In this document: positions 62,141-64,000 of the stretch, one piece after another | Layout: each line of letters starts with the position of its first letter | How positions within the stretch are numbered: the stretch's first letter is position 1 | NCBI GenBank assembly: GCA_963732005.1 | Contig: CAVSXT010000005.1 | Location: 2,638,631-2,702,630 of the forward strand | Direction: 5' to 3' | Length of the DNA stretch: 64,000 nucleotides | Origin: an uncultured Acidobacteriota bacterium | Lineage (GTDB): Bacteria > Acidobacteriota > Thermoanaerobaculia > Multivoradales > UBA5704 | Translations under genes and position numbers: made by a program | Notes under the pieces: generated by a model | Seen by the model: the letters and a program-made list of their open reading frames with translations, nothing else | Database searches by the model: none | What the model was told of the DNA's origin: nothing

Positions 62141-63259
62141 ATGCCAATCACCGGATTCCCTGCCGCCAGACGGTCCAGCCGCCGCCCGCTGCCGGCGCTG
62201 GCGGCGTCGCTGGCCCTGGCGCTCGCCGCGGTGGCCTGCGCGCCGCATCACACCGGCCCCACCGAGGTCGGCGTGGTGTTCAACAAGCTGACCCGCTCGC
62301 TGGAGATCAAGCCGGCGGGCGCCACCTATTTCTTCCTGCCGTTCGTCAACGATTGGAACACCTTCGACATCTCGCAGCGCAGCCTGGTGATGAACGCCGA
62401 CGTCAGCTCCGGCGACCGCCGCCAGCGCGACGACCTGCGCTTCAAGACGCGCGACGGCAACGACATCGATACCGACGTGACGGTGCGCTGGCGCATCGAT
62501 CCCAGCCGCGTCGGCGCGATCTGGCAGCAGGTGGCGCCGAGCAGCGACGAGGTCGAGCACCGCCTGGTGCGGCCGCTGACCCGCACCTACGTGCGCGACG
62601 TGCTCAACCGCCTGGACTCGGAGGAGTTCTACAATCCCAGGCTGCGCTTCGCCGCCGCCAACGACGCCACCCGGTTGCTGGCGGAGCGGCTGCAGCCCTA
62701 CGGCGTGATCGTCGAAGTGGTCTTGCTCGGCGACTTCTCGTTCAAGCATGAGTACCAGCGGCTGATCAACCAGCGCAAGGAGGCCGAGAAGCAGGCGGAG
62801 AAGCTCGAGGCCGAGATCCACGCCACCGAGGAAGCCAACCAGGCCAACCTGCAGACCAAGGTGGCGCAGCTCACCCAGGAGCTCACCGCCGCGCAGGGCG
62901 GCTTCGAGCAGGCCAAGCGGGAGTCCGACGCCTACGTGATCAAACGCCAGCAGGAGGCGCAGGCGACGCTCGCCGAGCGCAGCGCCACCGCCACCGGCAT
63001 CCAGCGCGAGCGCTCGGCGCTCAACAGCAGCGCCGGCGACGCCTACGTCAACCTGCAGCTGATCGAGGCGCTGCAGAAAAAAGAGATCCGCCAGATCCCC
63101 AAGCTGCCGGGTGGCAACATCATCATCGACGGCAACGAGCTGCTGCGGCAGCTCGGGGTGCTGCGCTACCAGCAGGGGCGCACCAGCCGCGACGCCGACG
63201 CCGGGACCGCCGCCCCCAATCCGGCGAGCGGAGCGCCGCCGCCCAACGACAATCACTGA
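62141..63259 (+). CDS. SPFH/band-7 domain lipoprotein (HflC-like partner)
   Basis: Signal/lipobox LALAAVAC. Band-7 core. Long coiled coil. Adjacent to the first SPFH gene. Confidence 0.8.
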   Translation: MPITGFPAARRSSRRPLPALAASLALALAAVACAPHHTGPTEVGVVFNKLTRSLEIKPAGATYFFLPFVNDWNTFDISQRSLVMNADVSSGDRRQRDDLRFKTRDGNDIDTDVTVRWRIDPSRVGAIWQQVAPSSDEVEHRLVRPLTRTYVRDVLNRLDSEEFYNPRLRFAAANDATRLLAERLQPYGVIVEVVLLGDFSFKHEYQRLINQRKEAEKQAEKLEAEIHATEEANQANLQTKVAQLTQELTAAQGGFEQAKRESDAYVIKRQQEAQATLAERSATATGIQRERSALNSSAGDAYVNLQLIEALQKKEIRQIPKLPGGNIIIDGNELLRQLGVLRYQQGRTSRDADAGTAAPNPASGAPPPNDNH

Positions 63260-63279
63260 GGGGCGCGGGACACGCAGCC

Positions 63280-64000
63280 ATGTTGAACCTTGCCGGCCGC
63301 GAGTACGATTTCGGCCCGGTCCTCTATGCCGTGCTCCAGGACTGCGAGCACCGCCGGCGCAGCCTGCCGCCCGAAGACGGGGAGGCCGCGGCGCGGTTCG
63401 CCGAGGTCGCCCGCCCGCGGCTGGCCGAGATCCGGCCCTGCTATCAGGAGGCCGGCGGCACGGCCGCCTACTGGCGGGAGCTCGAGAGCGAGGTGCTCGA
63501 GACCGCCCTGCCCCAGTACTCGCGCGCCGCCGCCGCGCAGACCCGGCTCGAGCAGTCGAGCTACGGCCTCTGGCGCCAGGGGGATCCGGTCTCCCGGCTG
63601 GTCCTGGGCCTCGCCGGCCTGGGCGTCGGCGGCCTGATCGTCAAGGCGCCGTTCATCCCCATCTTCGAGGACGCCTTCGCCTTCGCGCTCGCCGCCGCCG
63701 CGTTCCTGTACCCCGAGATCAAGCGCCTGGTCTTCGATTGGCGCTACTCGCGGCTGCTCAACCGGCTGATCGTCCAGGCCGAGAGCTACCAGCACCGCAG
63801 GCTGCCCTATCTGAGCGAGGCCGGCCTCGAAGCCGAGCTGCGGGCGGTGGGCACGCTGGCCGGCACGGTCGGCAGGGCGCCGATGTCGATCTTCACGCCG
63901 GCGGAGGGCGCCTCGCCGGCGGTGCCCGATGCCCGGCTGCCACATGCCGCCGGCGGTGCCGACGGCGGCCAGCCAGCCGGCGGTGGGCAGCGGTCAAGCT
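63280..64000 (+). CDS. hypothetical protein, 3'-partial; runs off the window end
   Basis: ATG 63280. Open natural-looking frame to the end of the window. Not in the track because no stop is reached. Confidence 0.4.
   Translation, partial: MLNLAGREYDFGPVLYAVLQDCEHRRRSLPPEDGEAAARFAEVARPRLAEIRPCYQEAGGTAAYWRELESEVLETALPQYSRAAAAQTRLEQSSYGLWRQGDPVSRLVLGLAGLGVGGLIVKAPFIPIFEDAFAFALAAAAFLYPEIKRLVFDWRYSRLLNRLIVQAESYQHRRLPYLSEAGLEAELRAVGTLAGTVGRAPMSIFTPAEGASPAVPDARLPHAAGGADGGQPAGGGQRSS

Overview
High-GC (~70%) bacterial chromosomal window, apparently Gram-negative: lipoprotein lipoboxes, periplasmic Spy-like proteins, SPFH pairs and ECF sigma/anti-sigma are present. Three parts. (1) 1-22.6 kb is a mobile-DNA graveyard. 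It holds a decayed integrative/mobilisable element: a MobA-type relaxase fused to a TraA-like helicase with an apparent frameshift, MobC, an AlpA-like excisionase fused by frameshift to a zinc-finger/Toprim/AAA_25 primase-helicase, RadC-like and DUF4160/DUF2442 genes, and a tyrosine recombinase missing its N-terminal domain. Fragments of the same relaxase and primase genes lie scattered downstream. The region also carries a VapBC toxin-antitoxin pair, an intact IS1634-family IS with ~25-bp inverted repeats, a transposase remnant, and two iteron-like repeat arrays. (2) 24.6-57 kb is a non-ribosomal peptide biosynthetic cluster. A 7687-aa six-module NRPS (ORF 24657..47720, minus strand) starts with an ACP-type carrier placed ahead of C1. 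Four of its six A domains are read by eye as Ser-like. It ends in a CurM-like sulfotransferase-thioesterase (ST-TE) offloading didomain, not known to me in a purely NRPS context. Flanking it are a SAM methyltransferase, a flavin amine oxidase, and an FkbH/FkbK/ACP/FkbI glycolytic-unit (hydroxymalonyl/glyceryl-ACP) cassette, although no PKS module is present. Three paralogous small Cys-containing peptides with double-Gly leader-like N-termini and strong RBSs are scattered across the window. (3) 57-64 kb holds an ECF sigma / anti-sigma / Spy-like / secreted-protein operon with overlapping stop-start codons, SnoaL-like proteins, and two SPFH (band-7) proteins. No rRNA, tRNA or CRISPR was recognised. 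Several giant ORFs in the track are antisense or alternate-frame artefacts of GC-rich coding DNA. Some coordinates read from the raw sequence may be off by 1-2 nt.
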